Positions 7,607-17,214 of a stretch of 64,000 nt of DNA are shown piece by piece. Each line of letters begins with the position of its first letter. Position 1 is the stretch's first letter. The position numbers and the translations under genes were made by a program. The DNA is from Bacteroidota bacterium (GTDB lineage: Bacteria > Bacteroidota > Ignavibacteria > UBA10030 > UBA6906). The stretch covers positions 132,288 through 196,287 of the forward strand of contig JANNSJ010000015.1 of assembly GCA_031402435.1 (NCBI GenBank), in the 5' to 3' direction. The notes under the pieces are model-generated. The model had not been told where the DNA came from. It did no database searches and saw only the letters and a list, made by a program, of their open reading frames with translations.

Positions 7607-8521
7607 ATGCCGTTGTACAAACTAGCACACAAGCAGCTTGAACTCATCAAAGAGAATTCATTCAGGCTGGAGAAGGAAGTGCAAGAGATTGTCGAGGCAA
7701 ATATGGACTCTCTTTTTGGGTCAAAACTTGTCAGGCATGAGTTTTCCCTTAGTGGATTGAGAATCGATACGCTTGGATACGACAAGGATGCTCAATCGTT
7801 TGTCATCATCGAGTACAAGAGGGGATCGAACTATTCGGTTGTGGACCAGGGAATGGCTTACCTCGGATTGATGCTCAACAACAAAGCTGAGTTCATTTTG
7901 GAATACAACGAGAGATGTAATGCTTCTCTCAAACGGGATGACGTTGACTGGTCTCAATCGAAGGTGATCTTCATCTCGCCCTCATTCACAAGCTTTCAGC
8001 TTGAGGCAATCAACTTCAAGGATTTGCCGATTGAGTTGTGGGAAGTAAAACGTTACTCAAACAACACTGTCAGGTTCGACCAACACAAGCCAACGGCTAC
8101 GGTTGCTTCCATTAAGACTGTGTCAAAGAAGAGCGAGGTAGTCGAAGCAATTAACAGGGAGGTAAAGACCTACACCGAAGAAGCTCATTTGAAAGTAGCT
8201 CAGCCGACCATTGCTGAAATGTACACTAGATACAAGGAGCTTGTGTTAGCTATTAGCCCTGAGTTGTCTGTCAAACCGATGAAATGGTACATTGCCTTCC
8301 GTGCGAAGACGAATATTACCGATGTTGTTGTTCTCAAGAAGTCACTTAAGATTTTCATCAACTTGCCGAAAGGTAAATTGGAGGACCCAAAAAAGCTCGT
8401 CCGCGATGTTTCAAAAGTCGGGCACTGGGGCAACGGCGACTATCAGATTCAGATCAGTACGGACGATGAATTAGAGTATATCATCTCCCTAGTCCGGCAG
8501 GCGTACAAACTGAACGAATAG
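7607..8521 (+). CDS. Second PD-(D/E)xK nuclease-like protein (paralog-like N-domain) with C-terminal domain containing a GHWGNGDY motif (DUF5655-like?)
   Basis: Likely start MPLYKLAHK (ATG 7607); ORF-track start 7424 is an extension. EKEVQEIVEANMDSLFGSKLVRHEFSLSGLRIDTLGYDKDAQSFVIIEYKRG repeats the nuclease-core pattern of the upstream gene. Confidence 0.55.
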   Translation: MPLYKLAHKQLELIKENSFRLEKEVQEIVEANMDSLFGSKLVRHEFSLSGLRIDTLGYDKDAQSFVIIEYKRGSNYSVVDQGMAYLGLMLNNKAEFILEYNERCNASLKRDDVDWSQSKVIFISPSFTSFQLEAINFKDLPIELWEVKRYSNNTVRFDQHKPTATVASIKTVSKKSEVVEAINREVKTYTEEAHLKVAQPTIAEMYTRYKELVLAISPELSVKPMKWYIAFRAKTNITDVVVLKKSLKIFINLPKGKLEDPKKLVRDVSKVGHWGNGDYQIQISTDDELEYIISLVRQAYKLNE

Positions 8522-8610
8522 CTGTGACCAAGCGGCGCTCTTTCATTTGATAAGGCTCTATTGGTAAATGTCCAACGCCCCAATAAAGTAGAGTCGATCT
8601 TGACGCCACA

Positions 8611-8667
8611 ACCCCGCTTTAGTCAAAGACACCTGGGAAATCGGCGAGGCGTACGATTCATTCATCG
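8611..8667 (+). repeat. Partial duplicate of the 5' end of the downstream SAM-methyltransferase gene (second copy 9985..10042)
   Basis: agtcaaagacacctgggaaatcggcgaggcgtacgattcattcatcg vs agtcatggacacatgggaaatcggagaggcgtacgattcattcatcg (4 mismatches in 47 nt). Encodes DTWEIGEAYDSFI in both. Confidence 0.85.
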
Positions 8668-8687
8668 TCAGGGGTCAGGCTATAGAT

Positions 8688-9242
8688 ATGGAGGAAACAC
8701 GCATGCGTAAAATCGTATCTGCTTCAGTGGCGATCATGGTGACGGGCTGGTTGACGGCTTTCGGAGTCCCATGCTACGCGATACCTTTGCCTTTGGAATC
8801 CCAGGATCAAGCCGGGCAAGAACCAGTTGTCGGTAAGGAATTTCAAGCCATGATGGCTAAGGTCGATACCGCCCAGCTTGAACTCCAAAACGGGAGGGTG
8901 GAAGCCTTCAAGGCACTCTGGTCTCATGCTGACGATGTTACCCTTTCGGGAGGGTTCGGCGGTGCAATTGAAAAGGGATGGAGAAATGTCAGCAAGCGGC
9001 TCGATTGGGTTGGCGGGCAGTTTTCGAAGGGTACGAATACCATCGAGCGGATTGTGGTAAATGCAAATAGTGACCTTGCCTATGTGGTGCAGATCGAGCA
9101 CATCCGTTTTCACGTTCCAGGTCAGGCAAAAGAGTCGGCCCGCGACTACAGGGTAACGATGGTGTTCCGACGCGAGTCTGAGGGTTGGCGTATCGTCCAT
9201 CGCCATGCAGATTCGCAGATGATGAAACAGGCGCCGAAGTAA
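8688..9242 (+). CDS. Secreted NTF2-like (SnoaL/DUF4440-type) protein
   Basis: Signal peptide (IVSASVAIMVTGWLTAFG). Motifs FKALWSHADDVTLSGGFGG...YRVTMVFRRESEGWRIVHRHAD fit the nuclear-transport-factor-2-like fold family. Confidence 0.55.
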   Translation: MEETRMRKIVSASVAIMVTGWLTAFGVPCYAIPLPLESQDQAGQEPVVGKEFQAMMAKVDTAQLELQNGRVEAFKALWSHADDVTLSGGFGGAIEKGWRNVSKRLDWVGGQFSKGTNTIERIVVNANSDLAYVVQIEHIRFHVPGQAKESARDYRVTMVFRRESEGWRIVHRHADSQMMKQAPK

Positions 9243-9251
9243 CTGTCGTCC

Positions 9252-9956
9252 TTGCCATTCATCGGCTCCATATGGTTCGCCACGCTTTTGATATTTTCCT
9301 TACGGTCGGAATGTTCTGCTCAAGAGGAGGACTACGGAATCGGAATAATCATTCCTCCGGGCGGCGGTAATATGCACGCTGTCATCTACTCCAAGCCTTA
9401 TGTTGGTTCCGATACCATAGCCACTCTTACGAAATGGGAGTACACCTTTCACGGCCACAACGAGAAAGTGCGTCCCTACCTCGCAGGGTTTCACAGGTAT
9501 GACTATTGGGGAGTACCCATTCTGTCCATAAGCCACGACTCCTCTTGGGCAGAGGTCTTCGTTGCATCCTCCGATTGGACAACAAAAACGAAAGGGTGGA
9601 TCAACCTCAAAATTCCCAACACTACCGTTCGTGTCTGGGCAGACTTTCTGCGGACGCAATCAATGGTCTTGAACGGTAATAATCCTCCACGGTTCTACTC
9701 CAAGCCAAACAAGAGTGCCCCGCTCAGCATGAACCTGTTTCGCTTTCGCAGTCTGGACGAATTTAGTTACATTCTCAAACCCATTCGACGAGAAGGGCGT
9801 TGGTTACTCGTTGAGCTTCACACTCCATTTCTCCCCTGTGCCGATGAAGATGCGGTCGTGCACGAGCCCGGCCTTCACCCGCGAACAACCAGAGTGTGGA
9901 TTGAATACATAGACGAGCGAGGGCGACCGCTCGCTCAAGCTCCAATGATGTGCTGA
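9252..9956 (+). CDS. Hypothetical secreted protein
   Basis: 234 aa, N-terminal signal peptide (IWFATLLIFSLRSECSAQ). No recognisable motif. Lies between the two methyltransferase-5'-end repeat copies. Confidence 0.5.
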   Translation: MPFIGSIWFATLLIFSLRSECSAQEEDYGIGIIIPPGGGNMHAVIYSKPYVGSDTIATLTKWEYTFHGHNEKVRPYLAGFHRYDYWGVPILSISHDSSWAEVFVASSDWTTKTKGWINLKIPNTTVRVWADFLRTQSMVLNGNNPPRFYSKPNKSAPLSMNLFRFRSLDEFSYILKPIRREGRWLLVELHTPFLPCADEDAVVHEPGLHPRTTRVWIEYIDERGRPLAQAPMMC

Positions 9957-9975
9957 CAGCAAAGAGTTCACAATC

Positions 9976-10782
9976 TTGAAACCAGACCCTCACTCAGTCA
10001 TGGACACATGGGAAATCGGAGAGGCGTACGATTCATTCATCGGACGCTGGAGCTTGCCGGTAGCGAGGGAATTTGTGCAATGGCTTGCAGCTTCTCCTAA
10101 GAGCAAATGGCTTGATGTCGGCTGCGGTACCGGAGCGCTGAGTCGAACCATCGTTGAGCTGGTTGATCCTGCAGAAGTACATGGAATCGATTCGGCACAA
10201 GGGTTCATCTCGTTTGCACAGGAGCGAACCAGTGATCGTCGGGTAACCTTTGCCGTGGGCGATGCGGAATCCCTTCAGGTGCAAGCGGGCGTGTACAACG
10301 CAGCAGTCTCGGCTCTTATGCTCAACTTTGTTTCTCGTCCTGATAAGATCGTCTCAGAGATGCAGCGTGTGGTAAAGCCCGGTGGGGTTGTAGCCTTCTA
10401 TGTTTGGGACTACGCGGAACGAATGCAGTTGCTGCGTTACTTTTGGGATGTGGCGGTGTCTCTCAATCCGGCAGTCTCCGCTTTGGATGAGGGAAAGAGA
10501 TTTCCGCTTTGCAATCCCGACCGGCTCAACGATCTCTTCGTTGCTCAGGGTCTGCACAACATCGAGGTGAGAGCGATTGAGGTGCCTACTCAGTTCTCTG
10601 ACTTTGATGATTACTGGAAACCATTTCTTGCCGGTCAGGGACCTGCGCCGGGTTACGTTGCTTCTCTTACTCCACAAAAGCAGGTAGCAATAAGAGAACG
10701 CCTTCGCACCACTCTGCCTATTGCGACTGACGGAACGATCAGCCTGGTGGCGCGTGCATGGGCTGTGAAAGGCAACGCGTAA
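9976..10782 (+). CDS. Class I SAM-dependent methyltransferase (Methyltransf_11-like)
   Basis: LDVGCGTGALSRTIVEL (motif I), VKPGGVVAFYVWDY (post-II). Confidence 0.8.
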   Translation: MKPDPHSVMDTWEIGEAYDSFIGRWSLPVAREFVQWLAASPKSKWLDVGCGTGALSRTIVELVDPAEVHGIDSAQGFISFAQERTSDRRVTFAVGDAESLQVQAGVYNAAVSALMLNFVSRPDKIVSEMQRVVKPGGVVAFYVWDYAERMQLLRYFWDVAVSLNPAVSALDEGKRFPLCNPDRLNDLFVAQGLHNIEVRAIEVPTQFSDFDDYWKPFLAGQGPAPGYVASLTPQKQVAIRERLRTTLPIATDGTISLVARAWAVKGNA

Positions 10783-10835
10783 ACTACGAACCCGCAATGA
10801 CGTAAAAGATCGAAATGCAGAAAGAGAAGGAGTAA

Positions 10836-11501
10836 ATGAAGATCAACGCAATACTTTTCGGAGCCACCGGTATGGTGGGAGAGGGAGTCCTCATCGAAGC
10901 TCTCGCGCATCAGCACGTGGAATCAGTCCTGGTGATCGGTAGAAGGTCATGCAACAGGACTCATCCCAAACTCAAAGAACTGATCCATACTGACTTCTTT
11001 GACTACTTGAACATCGAAGCGCAACTCAAGGGATTTAATGCGTGCTTTTTCTGCCTCGGATCTTCCTCGTTGGGAATGAATGAACAGGATTACACAAGGT
11101 TGACGTACGATCTCACGATGCAGGCAGCAAGGACACTCTCCAGACTTAATCCTGATATGACGTTCTGTTATGTGTCGGGGACAGGAACCAATGAACATGG
11201 CCGCAGTATGTGGGCGCGGGTGAAGGGAAGAACGGAGGGCCATCTGGCAAAGCTGCCATTCAAAGCGGCGTACTCGTTCAGGCCGGGACTGATGAAGCCC
11301 AACAAGGGACAGAAGAATGTCAAAGCGATTTTCAAGATGGCGGGATGGTCGTATCCTCTGTGGAAGTTCTTGTTCCCCGGGGGCGTGTGCAAGTTGGAGG
11401 ATCTGGGCCTTGCGATGATTCACACTGTTGAGATGGGCTACTTAAAGCAGATTCTTGAGAATAGAGACATCACTCAGGTTGCAAAGGGTTCGCACACATG
11501 A
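10836..11501 (+). CDS. NAD(P)H-binding domain protein (atypical SDR/NmrA-like)
   Basis: N-terminal Rossmann ILFGATGMVGEGVL. 221 aa. Confidence 0.7.
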   Translation: MKINAILFGATGMVGEGVLIEALAHQHVESVLVIGRRSCNRTHPKLKELIHTDFFDYLNIEAQLKGFNACFFCLGSSSLGMNEQDYTRLTYDLTMQAARTLSRLNPDMTFCYVSGTGTNEHGRSMWARVKGRTEGHLAKLPFKAAYSFRPGLMKPNKGQKNVKAIFKMAGWSYPLWKFLFPGGVCKLEDLGLAMIHTVEMGYLKQILENRDITQVAKGSHT

Positions 11502-11713
11502 GCCGTGCATTCATGAAAGAGAGCGATGATCAATGGTTGCATGACGTTGCTCCAACCATGAGTGCGCTGCTTACGTACCTGACACGGGAGAACAACGGCA
11601 TCAGAGTCTTTGAGGAAAAGAGATCCATCGCTCCGGATGGCCTTGAGGTGTATGAAATGAGCAACGGTTTATCCTACTCAAAAGATGATGAAGGTCAATG
11701 GCGGGTTGTGTGA
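11498..11713 (+). CDS. Small hypothetical protein (71 aa)
   Basis: ATGA start/stop overlap with upstream gene. No recognisable motif. Confidence 0.3.
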   Translation: MSRAFMKESDDQWLHDVAPTMSALLTYLTRENNGIRVFEEKRSIAPDGLEVYEMSNGLSYSKDDEGQWRVV

Positions 11714-11966
11714 AGAACAACCCAACGGTAGCGCCGACCTGCCTTGCCGGACATGTTTCTCAATGCAGGCAGGCATTCTTGTCGGCAGCGAGATAACTCT
11801 AAGCGGCAAACAAGAATGCTTGCCCCACCAGTTATTTCCTGTAAACAAATACGATCTCGACGTTGTCATTGTAAACTGCCCCACGTTTTTGCCTGAATCC
11901 TTTCCACGTTGAGCACGTAAGAGACGGAAGTTGTTCCATTCCTATCTCACTCACAAGGATTCATTC

Positions 11967-13184
11967 ATGAAAGTACTCTTCCTGATACTCAGCCTGTGCC
12001 TGGGCGATGTGCAATCCTCCTCAAGTCAATCAGAGGTGACAGACTTCGAAAGCCTGCCGGCCGTACAATGGAAATTCCGCACGAATGCCCCTATACTCGC
12101 CTCTCCTGTCATTCATGGGAACCTTGCGTACGTCGGCAGTGGAGATAGCGTTCTCTACGCCATGGATACAGAAACGGGTAAGGGCCGTTGGACATTTAGA
12201 ATCCAAGGGCCGATTCTGTCGACCGTGTGCATAGGAGGGGACCAACTGTTCCTTGTGGCGGGGGATGGCTCATGCTATTCGCTTGACAAGAACTCCGGCA
12301 AAATGCTATGGAGATTCAAGACACGAGGAGAGAAGGTCTATCAATACTACGGGTACGCGGACTATCATCATTCGTCCCCCGTTTTGTACAAATCTATCGT
12401 GTATTTTGGATCAGGAGACGGCAATGTCTACGCGCTGAAATCCAACAACGGCAAGGTGCTCTGGAGTTTCAAAACGGGGGATGTCGTCCACTCTTCACCT
12501 GTAGTTGGCAATGATAAGCTGTTCATCGGGTCTTTCGACGGACATGTGTACGCTCTTGATTGCCAGAGCGGAGCGTTGGTTTGGAAATTCAAATCGGTTG
12601 GCCATCGCTTTTTCCCAAAAGGAGAGATGCAGGGTTCTCCTGTCACAGCAAACGGTCTTGTCTACATCGGTAGTAGGGATTACAATCTTTATGCAATAGA
12701 TGCTGAAAAGGGATATTGCCACTGGAATAAGCAATTTCCGAAGGGCTGGGCAATGGCACTATCTGTCAGGGATACTGTCCTCTACGTGGGTACGTCGGAT
12801 GATGATCTTATGATTGCAATGGATGGAAGGAGTGGCGCGGAGTTGTGGCGTACCGATATGAAATTCAATATGTTCGGCACGTGTACGTTTACATCCTCCA
12901 TGATGTATTTCGGGACTCTTCTGGGTAAAATCCACGGATTGGATCTGCAAACAGGCGCGATACGATGGACGTTCAATACTGATGGATACAACGAAAATCA
13001 TTCGAAGTACTTTCCATCAGAAAGCGTGATAGTGAAGAATGACTTCTATGCAAGCCTTTCGTGGCCGGATGGCTACATTACGGCGTTACATGAGCTGGGA
13101 GCAATCTTCTCGAAGCCTGCAATCTCGGGGAACCTCATAATCGTCAGCAGTACCGATGGAACGGTGTACTGTCTTCGAAAGTAG
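11967..13184 (+). CDS. PQQ-like beta-propeller repeat protein (BamB-like), secreted
   Basis: Likely start MKVLFLILSLCLG (signal). Repeated GxGDGxVYALDxxSGKxLWxFK units. Confidence 0.8.
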   Translation: MKVLFLILSLCLGDVQSSSSQSEVTDFESLPAVQWKFRTNAPILASPVIHGNLAYVGSGDSVLYAMDTETGKGRWTFRIQGPILSTVCIGGDQLFLVAGDGSCYSLDKNSGKMLWRFKTRGEKVYQYYGYADYHHSSPVLYKSIVYFGSGDGNVYALKSNNGKVLWSFKTGDVVHSSPVVGNDKLFIGSFDGHVYALDCQSGALVWKFKSVGHRFFPKGEMQGSPVTANGLVYIGSRDYNLYAIDAEKGYCHWNKQFPKGWAMALSVRDTVLYVGTSDDDLMIAMDGRSGAELWRTDMKFNMFGTCTFTSSMMYFGTLLGKIHGLDLQTGAIRWTFNTDGYNENHSKYFPSESVIVKNDFYASLSWPDGYITALHELGAIFSKPAISGNLIIVSSTDGTVYCLRK

Positions 13185-13212
13185 ATCTTGGGGGACGCTA
13201 CGGTATGAAACA

Positions 13213-13240
13213 CAAGCGGCGCCTCGCTCGGCGCCGCTTG
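13213..13240. terminator. Bidirectional rho-independent terminator between convergent genes
   Basis: Perfect 11-bp stem caagcggcgcc/ggcgccgcttg with 6-nt loop, T/A-rich flanks, between the stop of 11967..13184 (+) and the stop of 13269..16112 (-). Confidence 0.7.
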
Positions 13241-13268
13241 CAAATATATCTCTCTTCCAACTCCACAT

Positions 13269-16112
13269 CTACCGCAGCAATACCAACTTTTGTGTTTGCA
13301 CGAAGTCGCCTGCACTCAGTCTGTAGAAATACAATCCGCTTGCAAGCCCTTGAGCGTTGAACGTTTCCGAGTAATAGCCTGCAGACATCTTTCCATCCAC
13401 GAGCAATGCAACTCGCTCTCCCAGAAGATTGAACACTTCGAGTATAACGAACGATTCACGCGGCAATCCAAACTCAATCACCGTTGACGGATTGAACGGG
13501 TTCGGATAGTTTTGTGCAAGGATGAATTGATCGGGAGTTCCGGGGCGTTCCAGTACGGATGTTGTGCCCGTTGTGAAATTCCATGTTGCAGAATACGCGC
13601 CCGGTCCGCCGGCATTTCTTGCACGCACGTGCCAGTAATACTTCGTGCTGAGTGATACTCTGACGCCTTTCTGAATCGTCGTAATCGTTGAATCATTGAT
13701 CACGGTCGTTGCAAACAATGAGTCCGCTGACACCTGAAGATGAAACCCGGTTGCGCCAAGTACAACGTTCCATTGAAGCGCAAGGGAATCCGGCAGATTG
13801 GTTGCGTTGTTTGCCGGCGATACAAGTGTTGGTGTTGCAGGTGGAGCGACTGCTGTCCTGAATGTCCATGCTTCCGACCATCCGCTTGTGCCGACGCTGT
13901 TCTTTGCCCTGACCCGCCAGTAGTATTGAGTGTTATTGCTCATGCCGGTGATTGCCCGTGACGTGTCGGTCAATGTTGAATCATTGACGAATGTTGTCGT
14001 GAACGACGCGTTTGTCGAGAGCTGTACGTGATATGTCGTTGCTGTCGGAACGCCTCTCCAGATGAGCGGCAATGACGTGGGCAGCGTTGTAAGGTTGTTT
14101 GCCGGTGAAACGGGAACGGGTGCCGCTACGAGGGCGATCGAGAAATTTGCATTCGACATGTCAAAGAAGATATTGCCAACCGCTTCGATCTTCACTCGTG
14201 CCGTTCCGGTAAGTATGTTTGGAACCGTGATGGCTTGTACGCCATCATTCGGGGTGTTTGCCGCAAGTGTCGTTGGAAATGTCAGACCGCCATCCGTGGA
14301 AAGAAGGATGTTGACGTTTGTGCAACTCACGGGAGCCACATCTGTGTTGGCGACATTCCACTTTACGGTGTCTGTGGAGTTGACGACCCAACTGCCCTGC
14401 GAGGTCACAATGAATGGTCCCGCGCTGCTGCTGACATTGATGATCATATTGAGAAGACTCTTTCCCACGCCGCCCCCGCCTGCCCGGTTGTCACGGGCGG
14501 AGAGTCTGAAACTCAGAGAGCGATCATACGAGGGGAGAATTTCTCCGATTGTCTGGGTATTGTTCAGGATGTCTGCGAGTTTCGGGAATGTGCGCGTAGG
14601 ATTCCCGGTGCCTTTGAAACTGCGGAAGATGGGTGCGCTACCTGAAGGCGTGTTGGGAGCTCCTGCCGGTCCCAGGTCAAACTCCTCCCATGTAAACGTG
14701 AGAGAGTCTCCATTAAGGTCTGAAGCTGACCCCGTGATGGCAAAGGGTGTCCCGATTGGGATTGAATTCCCGCCGGGGCTATTGCTGACTGTCGGAGCAT
14801 TGTTCCCTGTAGCCGTGATTACCGCGCAACCGTTCCCCGATCCTTGTGTCGTATATGCGACGATCTCGTCGATGTTGATTCCATGAAAATAGTCGTCGCT
14901 GTTGTTCTGGGTATTCTGTGGACTGCAAATGCCGGCATAAGCCATAACCGTTGTGCCGCTGCCAGGTTCGTACGCAGTCGACGCGTTGCGGTTCCCTCCT
15001 GAACAAGATCCGGCGTTGCCGTTGAAGCTGTGGTTCCCGCCAAACTGATGCCCCATTTCATGCGCGACATAGTCAACGTAGAACGGATCGCCAATGGGAG
15101 AAGGTAGTCCTGTTACGCCTCTTGCCTTCTGTCCTGCTCTGCATATCACACCAAGGCCTGCAACTCCTCCTCCTCCCGTACTAAAGACATGCCCGATATC
15201 GTAATTTGCGGCCCCGATGATGTTGTCAATTGTCGTCTGGTTTTGCCCGAGCATCGTCGAGCCGTTGTTGTTGGTGTAAGGGTCGGTTCCTGAGTTCAGG
15301 TAAATGATCGTATCATTGTTCGCTATGAGGACCATTCTCACTGCTACTTCACGTTCATACACTCCATTCACTCTGTTCATTGCAGTAACCATTGCAGCCA
15401 ATACCAGGGGCTTCGTGCCGCCATGAAATGCTGCATACTCACCTGTACATGCCAGTGCGAGGCGGTATGTCCGCAATTGCTCGCCGATGGCATGCGCTGT
15501 ACCATTTGCCACCAGGCGGGAAATCTCTGTGGCCATTTCCGAATTTGGATCTTCGATGCCGATCTCTTCAAAGTGCCGTGACGCGTTGTACGACAGGTCC
15601 TGTTTGAAATAGCTGATGTAGTGCCGGGTGTTTCCACGACTGTACGGATCGATATAGATCGTCGGTCCTGCCGAAATGATCATCGCATGGAATCCTGTGG
15701 GAGTGATATCGAATCGGACTGTGGCAGTCCGATCATCGATGCCCTGTCCGAGGTACGTCCTGATCTCCGGATATTTCCCGCCAAGCTCAGGCGCCATGAT
15801 GGGTGATTCAACAATATGGAACCTCCCATACTCTCCATTGGGAGAAGGAAGGCTCAATATGATCGGCGAAATCCTTATATCAAAACCGCCTTCAACCGGT
15901 GCCTGGCTCAACAACGTTAACGCGGCGTTCATATCCAGAGCCAAAGTTCGGTATTCAACCGGAACAATCTGGCGATCCTGTTTGGGTGAAATTGCAGACT
16001 CGGCGATATCATTCCAAACGCCGGCTGTAGTATTCTGCGCAAACGTACTGCCTGTCAAAGCCAGAGCGCAGATGAAACAGAGTGTGATGACGTTGTACCT
16101 ATTGGTTCGCAT
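13269..16112 (-). CDS. Secreted metzincin-type zinc metalloprotease with FN3-like domains and a T9SS C-terminal sorting domain
   Basis: 947 aa. Signal peptide; HEMGHQFGGNH (HExxHxxGxxH); repeated FN3-like modules (PPATPTLVSPANNATNLP, YYWRVRAKN). C-terminus NYPNPFNPSTVIEF...LYFYRL matches Por/T9SS CTD. Confidence 0.85.
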   Translation of the reverse strand: MRTNRYNVITLCFICALALTGSTFAQNTTAGVWNDIAESAISPKQDRQIVPVEYRTLALDMNAALTLLSQAPVEGGFDIRISPIILSLPSPNGEYGRFHIVESPIMAPELGGKYPEIRTYLGQGIDDRTATVRFDITPTGFHAMIISAGPTIYIDPYSRGNTRHYISYFKQDLSYNASRHFEEIGIEDPNSEMATEISRLVANGTAHAIGEQLRTYRLALACTGEYAAFHGGTKPLVLAAMVTAMNRVNGVYEREVAVRMVLIANNDTIIYLNSGTDPYTNNNGSTMLGQNQTTIDNIIGAANYDIGHVFSTGGGGVAGLGVICRAGQKARGVTGLPSPIGDPFYVDYVAHEMGHQFGGNHSFNGNAGSCSGGNRNASTAYEPGSGTTVMAYAGICSPQNTQNNSDDYFHGINIDEIVAYTTQGSGNGCAVITATGNNAPTVSNSPGGNSIPIGTPFAITGSASDLNGDSLTFTWEEFDLGPAGAPNTPSGSAPIFRSFKGTGNPTRTFPKLADILNNTQTIGEILPSYDRSLSFRLSARDNRAGGGGVGKSLLNMIINVSSSAGPFIVTSQGSWVVNSTDTVKWNVANTDVAPVSCTNVNILLSTDGGLTFPTTLAANTPNDGVQAITVPNILTGTARVKIEAVGNIFFDMSNANFSIALVAAPVPVSPANNLTTLPTSLPLIWRGVPTATTYHVQLSTNASFTTTFVNDSTLTDTSRAITGMSNNTQYYWRVRAKNSVGTSGWSEAWTFRTAVAPPATPTLVSPANNATNLPDSLALQWNVVLGATGFHLQVSADSLFATTVINDSTITTIQKGVRVSLSTKYYWHVRARNAGGPGAYSATWNFTTGTTSVLERPGTPDQFILAQNYPNPFNPSTVIEFGLPRESFVILEVFNLLGERVALLVDGKMSAGYYSETFNAQGLASGLYFYRLSAGDFVQTQKLVLLR

Positions 16113-16344
16113 TGCTTCTCCAAACCATTTGTGAATAATGGGGTAAAATGGAATTCAAGGATGAATCTGTCAGGGAAGGTTTCTAGGAAAATATACGGGA
16201 ACATTTTTCAAGAAGCAATGAATTCAGGCAGTGTTTCAGTTGCGAAACCACAGTAGCGGCCATGTTGGTTAGTTCGGAGTTTTTAGCATATATTTCACAA
16301 CATGGGTTACTCGTATCACTGTTTGTCAATCCTGACACGGATCA

Positions 16345-17211
16345 ATGAGCAACACACCGCAGCTTTCAATAATCATTACCAATTGGAATACGAAGGAATT
16401 TGTACGTGGAGCGTTGCAGTCCATCCTTGATCATCTACCACGGGTGTCGTATGAGATAATCGTCGTTGACAATGCTTCCGAAGACGGTAGTCCTGCGATG
16501 ATTGCACAATCGTTTCCTTCTGTGCGGCTCATTCGCAACAATCAGAATGAAGGTTATGCCAGAGGGAACAATCAGGGAGCGGCGGCAGCGAAAGGAGGGA
16601 CGCTCCTGTTGTTGGGAAGTGATGTGGTTATTCCAAATGAGAGCTTGCAGAAGATGTTCGATTACTTCTCGTCTCGTTCGGATGTCGGGGCTGTCAGTTG
16701 CCGGTTGTTGAACCCTGACCGGACTGTTCAGCAGTCATGCCGCCGATTCCCCACGCTCACCGATGCCATGCTGACGTACCTTTCGCTTCACGAGCTTGCA
16801 CCATCATACAACATCCGTGATTTTGATTTCTACCGTACACAGGAGGTTGACCAGCCCGCGGCAACATGCCTGATGATCCGGAAATCGATTGTTGAAAAGA
16901 TCGGGCTCTTCGATGAGCGCTACACGATTCTCTACAATGATGTGGATCTGTGCCAGCGCATCCGTGATGCGGGATGGAAGATCATGTACTTTGCCGAAGC
17001 GGAGATTATCCACCACGGAAGCCAGAGTACGAACCGTGCAACGCACGCTGTTCGCCTTGAAATGTACCGCAACATTTTGGTATATTACTTCCGCACTGTA
17101 GGTGTTCTTGCGATCGTTCTGTTATTGCCGATCCTTGCGATTCGACTTGCAATCGTCAACAGGGGAAGAAATGTACTCGGTCTTTTTTCGCTTTCGTATC
17201 TTTCCAGGTAA
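16345..17211 (+). CDS. Family 2 glycosyltransferase (GT-A)
   Basis: LSIIITNWNTKEF...EIIVVDNASEDGS. Confidence 0.85.
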   Translation: MSNTPQLSIIITNWNTKEFVRGALQSILDHLPRVSYEIIVVDNASEDGSPAMIAQSFPSVRLIRNNQNEGYARGNNQGAAAAKGGTLLLLGSDVVIPNESLQKMFDYFSSRSDVGAVSCRLLNPDRTVQQSCRRFPTLTDAMLTYLSLHELAPSYNIRDFDFYRTQEVDQPAATCLMIRKSIVEKIGLFDERYTILYNDVDLCQRIRDAGWKIMYFAEAEIIHHGSQSTNRATHAVRLEMYRNILVYYFRTVGVLAIVLLLPILAIRLAIVNRGRNVLGLFSLSYLSR

Positions 17212-17214
17212 TTA

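Noticed and set aside
8724-9258. Minus-strand ORFs 8724..9206 (160 aa) and 8989..9258 opposite the NTF2-like gene
   Set aside because: Antisense frames with no signal or motif. The plus-strand protein has a signal peptide and an NTF2-like pattern.
13290-16134. Plus-strand ORFs (for example 14062..14886, 274 aa) opposite the metzincin gene
   Set aside because: Antisense of a GC-balanced long gene. The minus-strand frame carries signal peptide, HExxH, FN3 modules and T9SS CTD in the right order.
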